The notes beneath the pieces were generated by a model. The model had not been told where the DNA came from and did not search any database. It saw only the letters and a program-made list of their open reading frames with translations. A program made the position numbers and the translations under genes. 64,000 bases of DNA from Lytechinus pictus. Its lineage: Eukaryota. Location: assembly GCF_037042905.1 (NCBI RefSeq), contig NC_087251.1:28584001-28648000 (forward strand), in the 5' to 3' direction. Below, piece after piece: positions 35,901 to 49,000 of this stretch (the first letter of the stretch is position 1; each line of letters begins with the position of its first letter).

Positions 35901-38900
35901 ACAGTTTGGACAATCTACAATTTTTTTTGGAAATTTTGAGATTGGATCACCAAAGTCAACTGTCAAAGGAGAACTTGACCCCAATTTGATTTAAAATAAA
36001 TGCAACACTGTCTTGTACAAAGAAAGGAAATTAAATCAGTAATGATTTCTTACATTAGATCCTCTTTCATCCACATTCTTCTTCATTCGTCACTCCCTTT
36101 CCTACATGTATCCCCTCCATTTCGGGAACAAAAAAGTAAGTTTTCACTCCCTTACCTATTGAATTTCAAGAAATCTGAAAATTGATAGGGGAAATTTGTG
36201 GAATAGGCGGACCATTCCTGTAAAACTACATGTATGTACAGGAGTGATCTTTCCACATATGTTCCTGTATTTGCCCCCCCCCCAAATAAGAAAACATCTT
36301 GAAAGAACAAAATGCATTTTGTAATATTTTGTCTTTATTTTTTACATCTACATATAAACATTATTCAGAGATGTACACATTGTATAATGTTCCTTTAGGT
36401 GTATCTAGGAAAGACATACATGTAGGAATATTTTTTTGTCCTTCTCTTGTCTTTTTTCCCCCATAAATGATGATGATTGATGTTATTTTTTCAAGCTGGG
36501 AAAGGGAGAGTATTGTTCACAGGAGTAGTCCTTTTACCATATGATTTTCTTTACAGACAACTTTGTTGGGATTTAAAGGGAGAGAAACTACCCTTGTAAT
36601 AAATTCAATGGAAGAATATCACTAAAAGATCTACAAAAAAAAAAAAAAAAACTATCCATGTACATGTTTATGATGTGTACAGTGTATGCACTGGAATATT
36701 GTAATATTTGTTTTCAATTATTCACTTATGCAGGTATTAGCTTTTTTAAAATTGGTTTAGTATTGTTTTTGTTTTTTCCCCATTCAAATTTGTCAACAAT
36801 CTGAAAGGTCTTTTGGATACGGTTTTTCCTTTAAGTTTTCCAAATGTCAAAGAAAGGAAAGGTAGTAAGAACAGGAAACAACAGGAAGGAAAGAGAGTAT
36901 AGCGGTCCTGATGGAGATATCCCTTGTGACTCATCTCCCATTCACAACATTTCACTATTTGTGAAATTAATTTGGTCTAATCCAACTTTTAGTAAAAAAC
37001 TTTTATTTGGTCAATCAAGGTGAATTACGTTTTGGTCTATTAATTACTCAATGGCCCGACATGTGGTCTAATCTTACTTTGCCCATAGATTTCCTCTTCT
37101 AGCCCTCTTCTGGCAAGGATCTAGAGTCAGACTTTAACAGGGTGTAAGTGTTCCTGAAAATTTGGAGCTAAAGGCAAAGAAAAAATTGATATATTCTACA
37201 TGCTGCACATCCCATTATTCAAATTTTACAGGGTGCGCTCGCACCTTCTGCCCACCCCCCCCCCTACCTCCCTCCAATCTGCATCTTCTCTTGGTACACA
37301 TGTACGTAATCTCCTATAATTACATCTTAATCATGGTGATTTGCCACTTGATGGTCTACATGATATCCCACTTTGCCTTTTAACTTCACCTCATCATCTA
37401 CATGTAACACCTCTGTGCGTGCTTCCAAGGGATTCTGGATATTGTTATTGTAGACCAATTGAATATTGGAAAAATGGCTTTGACTACAATCCAAACTTTG
37501 TGACTGGTTAGTGCAGTAATATTGTTTTCCCCATTTTCGGACGAGATCTCCTACTTTGAGGCATCGTTGGAACAAAAAAAAACCTTCTGCTCTCTAGTTC
37601 CTCCCTTCTTGTACATGATGTATCCCATTATGTTCTCAATATTTGCATGATTATTCATATCTAAATGATCAATATTGAATTAAATTGAAAAGAGGATTTT
37701 GTTATTTTCAGTTTCATATTGACAGCTCCCTTTCTGCATATACCGTACATCCACTTATTTTAATTGATTAAGTCTAAAGGACACTGAGAATAAATGGCAG
37801 CATTTATGTATGTCACATTGATCGTAGATACTCTATCAGAAACTTCAAAAAGTGATAGAAATTATTATAATCACAACTTACATTACGTGTATGTGACAAA
37901 ATGAATGGCACTTGAAGTTTACTTCACCATTTTAATGCACGATTGTAAGTTTACTTCACCATTTTAATGCACGATTGTAAGATACATACATGTACATCAA
38001 GCTCAAAGTCTTTTTATCACACTTGCATAATTCAAAAAGCTTCTTCGCAATTTAGAATGTGTTAAACTTGTTGCTGTCAAAGTACATGTATATGAATACT
38101 TGGGAGTGGGGACATAAATAGTTGATACATAGCATTCTTATAAAAGCATTCTGCATACGCGTCATTCCAACATGTAGACCCGAGAAACCTGTCTGACATG
38201 AGGGAGGTATGCACGTAGACTCCTCTTTAGCAGAAGCATAGCGAACAACAACAAGTCTTTGTTTATAAACACAGGACTGCTTCCCCTACTCATGACTGAA
38301 TGAGATGATGTATTCCTCTGGAAATAGTAACTGTCTAGGTCTGAGGTTACCACATCACCCTTGAGCTTGGTGATACGATGACTTCACGCATCATGAAATA
38401 CCAAGCGCTCTCTAGTGTTGAGGTTGTGGAATGGTTGTTATGACGTCATCAATCGGGGGCGGGGTCTGGATGTCCCTTGATGCCAACATGGTTCGGATTG
38501 CTTGGATTGTGAGGGATGTAACTTTTAGAGAGAGGGTTGGCTTAACCACCCATCGATCATATCCTACCACATGAATTCACTTCATCGAATAGTAATTAAT
38601 GAAGTCAATGTCCTGGCAAATGTCTCTCCATAGGAAGTAGTCTCTTCCCTTTTCATGTATTAGATGTTCATGTACCCGATAATGTTGCCATTAAAAATTG
38701 AAGAAAAAAAATAGTTTGAAGACTTTGATGAATATACTCAAAGGTGAATCGGAATTTGAAGATAAAGACAAGATGTTTCACCTTTTATTTCTTCTTCGTT
38801 GAGAACCTGTCAGAATTTTTTTGTAGAAAAATTCAACATAGGGAAGTTTACTTTGAAATACCAAGCTTTAAAATCTGATAGATTTAGGGCAAGGCCACTT

Positions 38901-40010
38901 TTCTATTCTCACATTTTTCTTTTACAGCTCAAATGGAGGGGGTGAGATAAGAAGGGCACAATGAATCTGTAAGGCTAATTCTTTGATTGCCTTTGATTAA
39001 TTTGGTCCTTGAAATATATTGAAAGAGATACTCAGATCATTCGTTGTACATGTAAGTCCATGCTCAGATCATTATCACTCTCTTTTGTGCAGTCAATTAG
39101 CATAATGCATATTCATAGTACCAAAATAGCAATTGCCTTGTGACATACATGTAGTCTTTGTTTGCTGCCCTCTTTCTTCATGATGAAGATAACTGAACAG
39201 CCAATAAGAGCCACCCACACTGATTAATGAGAGTGCCATGTTTGAGAATGCATATTCCATATATGGATAGGAGACCCTGTGTGTCCTACATCTTCTTTTG
39301 GAAGAAGGCCAGGGGTGTGTTCCATGACGATGCTTGTTGAATATTGATGAATGAATACCAATTGAGCCAAACTTCACTGTCACTGTCAAAATGAATACCC
39401 CCTCCACACCCACCAAACCTCCCAAGCGTGTCCGATGTCAGATGGGCTTCTCAAGTACATGTAAAACATGAGAGACGCAGTGAAATGGAATCATCACTGA
39501 GATATCAACATCCGCATCTAATGTGAACTAACACAGAAATCATTTTCCTCTTTGAACACGCATCCCTCCAATCTATTACATATGGTTTTGAGTTCTCTGA
39601 TACTCTTTGTTAGTGTCTTATCTTATCCTATCTTTTCCTGGACCTGTGACCTAGGTATAATCTAACACACCCTTTTTGATAATGAGAAACTTTTGTTATC
39701 AGGCAAATTGATCTGCAGGTCATCATCAAGTGTATACAAATAATCTGGGAGGAGAAAGTTTGTCAAGAAAGATTAAGAAAAATAGAAGTAATAGGAGTGG
39801 AAGAGAATGCAATTGCCATTTGGTATGTCTTGTGAGTTGCCAAATATACTTGCTTGCTTCTATTGCAATAAATTTACTTGTGTTGGAACTTCTTATTTTC
39901 CCTACTCTATAAAGAGGATTTAGCATAATAATAGGTAGGGTAACTTACAAAAAACAGGAAGTGTAGGGAGATTGGAAGAAATTAAGATGGGTGGCAGAGT
40001 CATTCTGACG

Positions 40011-40044
<34 letters not shown>

Positions 40045-43000
40045 ATTGAAAGTTGTCATATGTTTTATTCTTAAAATAGTCATAGTAAAACATGTTAGTT
40101 AATTGTCATTGACAAAAAGGAGAGCATTGACAAAAAGGAGAGCATTGACAAGTACTGCAATAATTCATCCTTAAGTGCTTTGTAAGAGGTATGATTCTGC
40201 AAGTACATGTAGGCCTACATTTAATTAGATTATGAAGTACATGTACATGTATGAATTAGTGAAAGTGAATAAAAAACATTTTTTTCATTATCAAAGACAA
40301 AGTAATGACAACAAGTTTGTTTGCTCTAATGAGTCATACAATAATGTAATTATGACAATGCTCATTCTGTATTGAAGGTTATGAAAAATCTCATATGGTA
40401 TTCCATTATTTTAATCATATTATCTGGAAATGATGAATTTACATGTATGTTTTTGCATACTTCGTTTGAATTGCATATGGCATCCCATCTATGGTATGAC
40501 AATATCTAAATGGGGAAGCCATTGATGGGAGTGTACATATCGCCTGACCAATGGCAGGTCATAGCTGGCAGCAGCGGCTCTGGCATATATGGCATTCCAG
40601 CATATAAGGGCCAAAATACACGAGTCACATTGTTGGAAGTTTAGAGTTTATTCTTAGCTGTGATGCAGACATGGAATTCTCTACCGGAGTCATCCATTGA
40701 TATACAGGAAGAAAGTGTGGAAGAGGAGGCACACATTTTTCACATTTGTCACTAATTATCATTCCAACTCCAGGAGAGGCATACATACAAGAGATTTTAT
40801 TTTTCACCTTTGATATCCAACACATTAGCTCCTTTCACTTTCGTACATGGGATCTTTCTAAGTACATTTTATGTTTCATACACATCATTCTATATAAAAT
40901 TATTTACATTGTACACTTATTTCTAATCATCTCCTTTTTTACAGATTATTTGATCTCGTTATACTAGTTAATGAATGTTCACAAAGGATCATTATTCATT
41001 ATTGCTTGTTTCCTTTAGTTTGGTTAGAAGGAAGTTCATCTAAGTTTTTCAATTAATTAATACTTTAAAGTAAAAAATGAGATGTGGATCAGTGATAGTT
41101 GGAAAATATCTTTGGTAATCAACATAAAGAAGACAAGAATTTTTTTTAAGTTTCAAACTTTGATTGTTACATGTACATGTAGTTCTGACATTGAAAACAA
41201 GGTGTAATTTTCCTTTAGAAACAGAGTCGGGTCAATTAATATACCCTTGTATCATCTTGAAGATGATACTTCAAAATTAAAACATAATAATTGAATCAAA
41301 TTTAACTTATCTAGCATTAAAGTGTCATTGTGGGTTATAATAATAATAATGCTAATGGTATATTTACCCAGCGGGCCCTGCTATTATTATTACCCGGCTA
41401 AGCTAGGCTACCTATTCAGGTGCACACAGCTTTTTGAGGAATTACTTCCTGCTGGTACCCCTTTTCCTCACCTGGGTCAAGTACAGCACACTGGATGAAT
41501 TCCTAGCTGAAGGAAATTGCGCCATGGCTGGGATTTGAACCCACGACCCTCTGTTTTTAAAGTCCGGAGACTAATCCACTGGGCCACGACGCTCCACTAA
41601 TTTAATTTTGGGTTTCATTTTGTTTTCAGTCCCAATTCTCCAGGTATTTGCTGTGCATTTTTATATGACTGCACAAAAAGTCCATCATGTATCAGGTTTT
41701 GATATTAATTATTATATAGAGTCTAGGGCACTTAATTAAAATCCTTTCCCCCTTTAAAAAAAAGGAACTACTTAACTTATTCCCAGGCTTTTATTTTGTT
41801 TTATTTTTTTCTTTTAGGAAGGAAGAACTATGTTTCAAGTCACTCAAGTACCAGGAGCAGGGGCTGATGCAAATGCAAGTACTTCAAATGGTAAAAATCC
41901 AATAACTCAATTTCTTTCATTTAGGCCTACTGATTTCAAGGCAAATAACTTATTATAAATCAGAAGCAATGGAAATATGCAATAAGCACCAGTTGCATTT
42001 AATATTCTTGAAGACGTTACTTGATTTGATAACACTTCGTAAAGGAAGTTCTTAATATTATTGCATATGTGCATTGCATAAATATGAGAGATTGTTACAC
42101 TATGTACATGTGAAAGGTGAAGTCCACCCCAACGAAAAGTCGATTTGAATAAAAATAGGAACTATTTGTTAAATCTTTGCTTATTTGCGCAACATAGTGG
42201 TACACCAGATGTGACAAATGAGAGAGTCGTTCATGTCACAATCTCAATATTTCTTTCATTCATGTATTTTATTAATCCTCCGACAGTGTAGATCTTGGTT
42301 TGATAAATGGGAATGCAAAGACCATCATTATTCAAGTTTTTATTGTGATTTGGTAGAGCTCCCCTTCATAATGAAATTTGTGAAAATTAGTTTCAAAGGT
42401 TATGATATGCTTCATGCTGATGGGGCTTTCTTTTGCCCCTGATGGACATGTATGTAGTCATTTGATGCGTGAAAAATGAATTGAATGCTTTATCAAATGT
42501 TGTATGACTCTTGATATGTGTAGGTCTATTATCGGGTGCTGGGCATACATTTCCAATGACTACATATCTCCCTACTTCGTCAACTGTCCCAGTAACATCT
42601 GGAACAAAAGTGAGCTCCACAACAGCAACTAGTCTACCCCCAATATCTGTTCCACCCGGGGCTACCATCACAACACTCATCTCTCCAACAGGTATTGGTA
42701 ACTTCTTTCTCGGAATATCCATGTGTATTTGAAATTAATAGTTGGTCAATTGGTGCTTACATGATAAACGGTAATTTTATTTGGAAAAAAACAATCTCTG
42801 CCAGAGCTCCTAGTATTTCAATATATTTCAAAATATTCAGAGCTAAAACTCAAAATCTTGCAATCCGTCAGACATGCCGAACAGCTTATTTTCTCTTCAG
42901 GCAACACTTGTGATGTGACAAGGCAGGTACACAAATCAAATTCAGCTGAGCGCAGCGGCTTAACAAATTTGGTTCAGATTTGGGATGCTGATCAACTACA

Positions 43001-46000
43001 ACTGGATTATTAAAAATTTTGTTTTTCCTTTACCTCACCCTCCCCCCTTCTCTCTCTCTCTCTCCCTGGGACTCTCATTGGTCTTGCAATTGATATCATG
43101 CATTCATGCAAGACACATTTTGCAAATGGGTTGGTTACTGTGTTGTCATGGTAACAATGTAATTGACAATAAGTCTGAAAAATCTTGCAGCGTGAACTAC
43201 TTCCTCAGTATTTGCATTCCTCAGTATTTGATTCACTACATACATATTTGTCTTTGATTAAGACCTGCGAGACATTTTTTTGCTTTGGATGCGGCATGAA
43301 GATTTATTATGGCAATAAATCAGGAATAAATGCTACTTCGATAGGATAGGGTATACATGTACATGTACCTTCAGTGATATTTCAATTTCAATACAACTTG
43401 AGTCTGTAATTCAGCTCATGCTGGCAATCTGGGGCTCGTTTCATAAAGAGTTACAACTGGTGTAACTTTGTCATTATGGAAGTTACCATGATTACTTTGA
43501 TTTTAATTGGCTGCTGAGCCTTGTTGCCATGGTAGTTGCCATAATGGCAAGTCACATCAGTTGTAAATCCTTTATGAAATGGGCCCTAGGTGTTATTTTT
43601 TTTTTAAGTGCAATAAAATGCAAACTTCTGTTTTCAATCAACAGGACAAGCCCTAGCAGCAGGCCAAGCACTTCAAGCACTCCAGGTACAGTCGAATCCT
43701 CAGTTGCAGCTTCAACCTAACATACAAGGCCAGACACCGGCAGCAACGCCCACAGTCTACAGGTAAATCTCTTTGATCCAAACCCTTTAAAGGAGTCAGG
43801 AAGGGGGGGGGCACAGTAAAGAACAAGGAGTTAATGATAGTGATGACATGACTTGTGTTTTAATTGTCTGGATCATGATTGACTGGTGTTTGTGGAAAGG
43901 ATACTAATTAGGTGGTATGAAGCAACACAATGTACTGATCATATGCACCGATCTGTCACAAACAATATGCAGTCAATTGTGGTCTGGATGACTTGCACCT
44001 TTTTTTTGAGAGAGAGAGAGACACACAGGCACAGGCAAGGAAAAGTTAAGGTAAAATGGACTCCAAATACAAAGAATTGTTCTATTTATTTGTACATCCA
44101 TGTTATCTATAGAAATAAACATGTGACAGCATAATTATATATCATATTTTTTATTAGATTACCACAAGGAGCAAGTCTCGCTGGTACTGCTTCTAATCCA
44201 GTGGTCACTGCCTTTGTCCCGACGCCTGCTGCTGCTGCTGCTGCTTCTGCTGCCACAACCACCACCCAACCCGCTCAGAGTGCCAACACTGTGACCATGC
44301 TCACTGCACCACAATCATCCATGAGTCGTGAGTATAATAATAAATCACATCTGGGTCCCGTAACACAAAGGTTATTTGATTGATTGTACGCTTAATTTTC
44401 ACGATTTATTGTACATTATAGTCAATACAATCAATTATACAAAATTGTTCTACGATCATTGCTAAGTTTTGTGTTATGGGCCTCTGGTAAGCATTCCATG
44501 AAACAAAAAGTTGTGATTTTCTTTCACTATTGTTATAAGCTACTGAAATCCTTGCATCTGATTGGCTCAGAGCAAATTTTTCATTGATGATCACTATTTG
44601 TTTCATGAAATGCTCCACTAAGTGCTGTTCTACAGTTTGTAAAGCTGTATGAATGAATGACTGGAACATATTATGCAAAGTGAAATACCATAATGTACGT
44701 GAGACAATTTTCAATAATCCTAGTCTAATTTTTAGAGATATTAAACTGAGCATTTAGATTGCAATATATTAGTAATTGATATCCCAGTTGTTATTTGTGC
44801 AAGTATTTGTAAAAGTGTAATTAATAATGGACTTAACAAATCTCTCATGAATAATCTTGAAACCAAGGAGGTAATTTTGCTAGCTTTCATTCCGAATACA
44901 TGAGTCATGGTTAGATGCTTCTGCTGGCTTCTCTTAACAAAGCCAGTAATAGGGGGTCATAAGCCTAACCCATTTCCATCCTTTAGAAGGGGTATCCCTA
45001 AGAATCTGGAGCAAGCATACATGTATGGTTGAACATTTATAAATGGGGGATCATTGTTTATACAGCATTTAAATTTGTGATGGATATGGCCTTCAATGCC
45101 CTAATGATTGGCCTTGATGCCACTTTAATTGGCCTCAAAGATCCGTTTGCCCTTTTTTATTTTTCCAATTCATGATGATGTGCTCTATGGAAAAGTGCCT
45201 TGCCCTAATGATATTAGAATTTAAGGCCTTTTGCACGGATAAGAATTTGGAAAGGGTCACATTTACCAACATTAAACCATTGGTGGCGCTTCTACAGTAA
45301 CAGTTTGCAAATCCATTTAGTAATTCTGTTAAATTTGAGCCAAGAAGGGCAGTGACTGCAGGAGGGCTATAAGTGAGCTGACAGTCCCCTGTTCTATTTG
45401 CTTTGTGGTGATTAATCTAATTAAGTTGAATACCCAGTTGGTATAGGCATATCTCTATTGACCCAATTCTTGTGACATTCAATTATGACCCCCACAGGAG
45501 TAAGAACCCAGCCAGACTCGGACACGATGATAGATCTTAATCTGACCCAATTACCAGCTGATATCATATGTACCAATGATAACATTCTCTCTTCATCCCT
45601 ACATGTATATGATACCAGGGGCTGTTTCATACGTCCCTTTTGTGAGCTTATATTCCAAAGAAAGTGTTCATAGTTTGTTAATATTGTAATGAAAATTTTG
45701 CGGTTCATATATTGGCACTCCATTTTCAAGCTGTTCGTAACTCAACACACAGCTTTAGCTGTAAAGTCCTTAAAAATATTGTTCTGATGTTTGAAAGTAT
45801 TTCTTGAGTTTTGTTAATCCCCCCATGTTTATTTCTACATTGCATGAATAATGTACAATGCTCCTCGGGGAGTGGTGTATGCTGCATCACCTGCTGGCAG
45901 TTATTGCTTCCCTGAAAGGATTGTTTTATTGCTATATATATTTTGTTCATCCAGCTGCAGGTAACACCAATGAGTTAGCCATTCCTCTTAATTACAGTAC

Positions 46001-49000
46001 CATGTTCCTCAGGGAGTGATGTATGTTGCATAATTTGCTAGCATAATCATTTTGTCTTAATTTTGTTTTAATGCATTTACTATAAAAAAAATTTCATCCA
46101 GCTGCAGGTAACAGCAATGCATTAGCCACGCCTCTAATGTACCATGCTCCACAGGGAGTGGTGTATGCTGCATCACCAGCAGGCACTGTCAATACCCTAC
46201 CAGATGGATTCTTCTTTAACTATCAAACGGCTGCACACCTACATCCTACATCCCATGGTAAGTACACAATTAACATCTATATTTATAAACCATTCATTAG
46301 CATGTTGAAATAGTCTAGTAAAGACACAATAAAGCCTAGTGATCAGCTACTAACTTGAATATCTGCTTAAAATTAACCAATCTTGTCTAAGGCTTATTAT
46401 ATCTATCTAGGTATCTTAAATATTGACATTTATATGACACCTAGATTGATCCTTGTCATTTGATTGGTTGTTTGATATCGATCATATAGCCCATTTTACA
46501 ATGACGTCATCAACCGTGCAATTTTGGATCCATACGATTTTGTCCATTGCATGCGCACACTGAGACTGCAGTCACTACAAGTAAAACCACTTGTGTTTGC
46601 AGCGCGCATGCTGTATTTACGCGACAATCAAAAGACCAAGCTCGCATATTTTGCATCAAAATTCATAAAATTCATATGAAAAAGAATCTCTTTTGGTGTT
46701 ATATAAACCAAATAATGAATGTTATTTCCAATCGTGCAATGGACAGAATACTTCCATTCATTGCTCATGAAGTATTCTGTCCATTTCACTCATAAACATT
46801 CATTATTTGTATACTATTCAGTACCATGATCACATCATGTGGAAGTCACAAACCACAAAATCATTGACAAAGTTGATGTGTGATGGTTTTTAAATGATTC
46901 CATATTCTTAAGAGTAGATAATTTTTCTGAATTTCTGTTAACTGATAAACCAAATAGCAATGCAAAAAACAAACAAACATACAAACTGCAGTTGTTAACG
47001 TTTCGTTTTTATATGTGATAAACAATATCAAGTCATTTTGACTATATAGTATAACACATTGAATGTGATTTCAGTCTCTGGATATGTGGTAGGTTTTTTA
47101 CAGTGGGAATTGATAATTACAAGCTTGGTAATTCTTCATGCACTTTTTGAAGGAAAAAACAGAAACCTAAAAGAAAAGACACCTAGATTTAAAGGAAAAG
47201 TCCACCTCAACAAAAAGTTGATTTGAAAAAAAGAGAAAAATCCATCAAGCAAAACACTGAAATTTAAAATGTCATAACTTTCTTATTTTACATCCGATTT
47301 CATCAAAATCGGATGTAAAATAAGAAAGTTATGACATTTAAAAGTTTCGCTTAATTTCACAAAACAGTTATATGCACATCCTGGTCGGTATGCAAATGAG
47401 GAGACTGATGACATCACCCACTCACTAATTCTTTTGTATTTTATTATATGAAATACGAAATATTCTAATTTTCTCCTCCTTGTCAAGTGAAACAAAGTTT
47501 TATTTCTCCCTGAACATGTGGAATTACCATTATTTTAACAGTTTATGGCAAAGTTAAGTTGGTCCTTATTGTCAAATTTGTAAAAATTGAAATATTGTAT
47601 TATTCAAACAATAAAAAACAAAAGAAATAGTGAGTGATGGACATCATCGACTCTCTCATTTGCATATCGCTGAGTTGTGCATTTAACTGTTTTGTAAAAA
47701 ATAAACTTTAAAATGTCATAACTTTCTTATTTTTCATCCGATTTCGAATAAATTTGCAGCATTACGTTTGTTTGATTTTTCTCTATCGATTCAAATCAAC
47801 AATTTTCTGAGGTGGACTTTACTTTTAAACCTGAAGATATAGCATTGACTTTGATCTCTTGAAGAGAAGAATATCTCATGTATTGTGACATGTGTAGACA
47901 GGCATAAATATGTCAAGCTTTGAAAACGTCTACCAGTATTTAATGAATCCAAAGGAATATATTAAGTCTGATATATTAAGTCTAATAAATACAGACTCCA
48001 TTCTGATATAATTTGCAAGTTGAACTTACTTGACTAATCTCAAACTGGTGTCTTTGTGTTCAGAAACGTTGCATTTCTTGGATGAAATGCATCAGATCCA
48101 ATCTTCAAAAGATCTATTACATGTAAGTTTCTGGTTTATAAATACTCTAATAGAACAGACTTTAGGGATCTGATTACTGACTTTCATTCATCCTTTTCAG
48201 TCCCAAATTGCATTATGAACATAGAAGCCTGAATTCATAAATGAGGTTTAAACCACTTGTGTCAAACCCAAGAGTAGATTTATTAACCATGCACACATTG
48301 ACTCTGATAACATATATTTTCTTGAGATGCTCTGTGCATATATCAATTTTCTTGGACAATATAAAAGGATTTAAAATCCCTTCTGTGGTTTGAGTTTCAA
48401 CCTCATTTTGAATTTGGGCCAAAGTGAATGTAACTCAATTAACATACATGCATGTTTATGTGATCCCCTTGTTAGCAAACGTAGAAGGAAAGAACACGAC
48501 GACAGCCACAAGAAATGTACCAATGCCGCCTATTCAGCTGCATGTCGCATGCCAACAGGTGGGACATTACCACTTTAATCACAACTATATCCTTTCTTCT
48601 ATTATTGTCTATACTCTAACCCAAGATCTCTCACTGTCCTTGTTCACTTTCTTGTTGGTAAGGACTGCAATACTAACAACCTGTACTGACCGCACAGAAA
48701 TATTGTTAGCACTAACAATTGCGCTAACAGAGGCCCTGTTACAATTGGTTATGTGGCAGCAATGCCTAATGTTACAACAATGCATTACTGACACATTGAA
48801 ATAAATGTTTTGACTTCACAGTCCGAAAGATGTGACTGGGTTTACTGTTAGTGTTCTGTTAGGCTAACAACGTTTCTGTGCGGCCAGCATTGATTTTACA
48901 AATTAGTAAAAAGTGCACAAGAATAGAGTAATGTTCATAACATTGGTTGTCATCGATGATGGGTTGCCATTCACTGACAATGTCAATGAAAGCCTAAATT

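Noticed and set aside
37915..37981. 32-bp direct duplication (similar small ones at ~8568, ~40106, ~50948)
   Set aside because: Ordinary slippage duplications.
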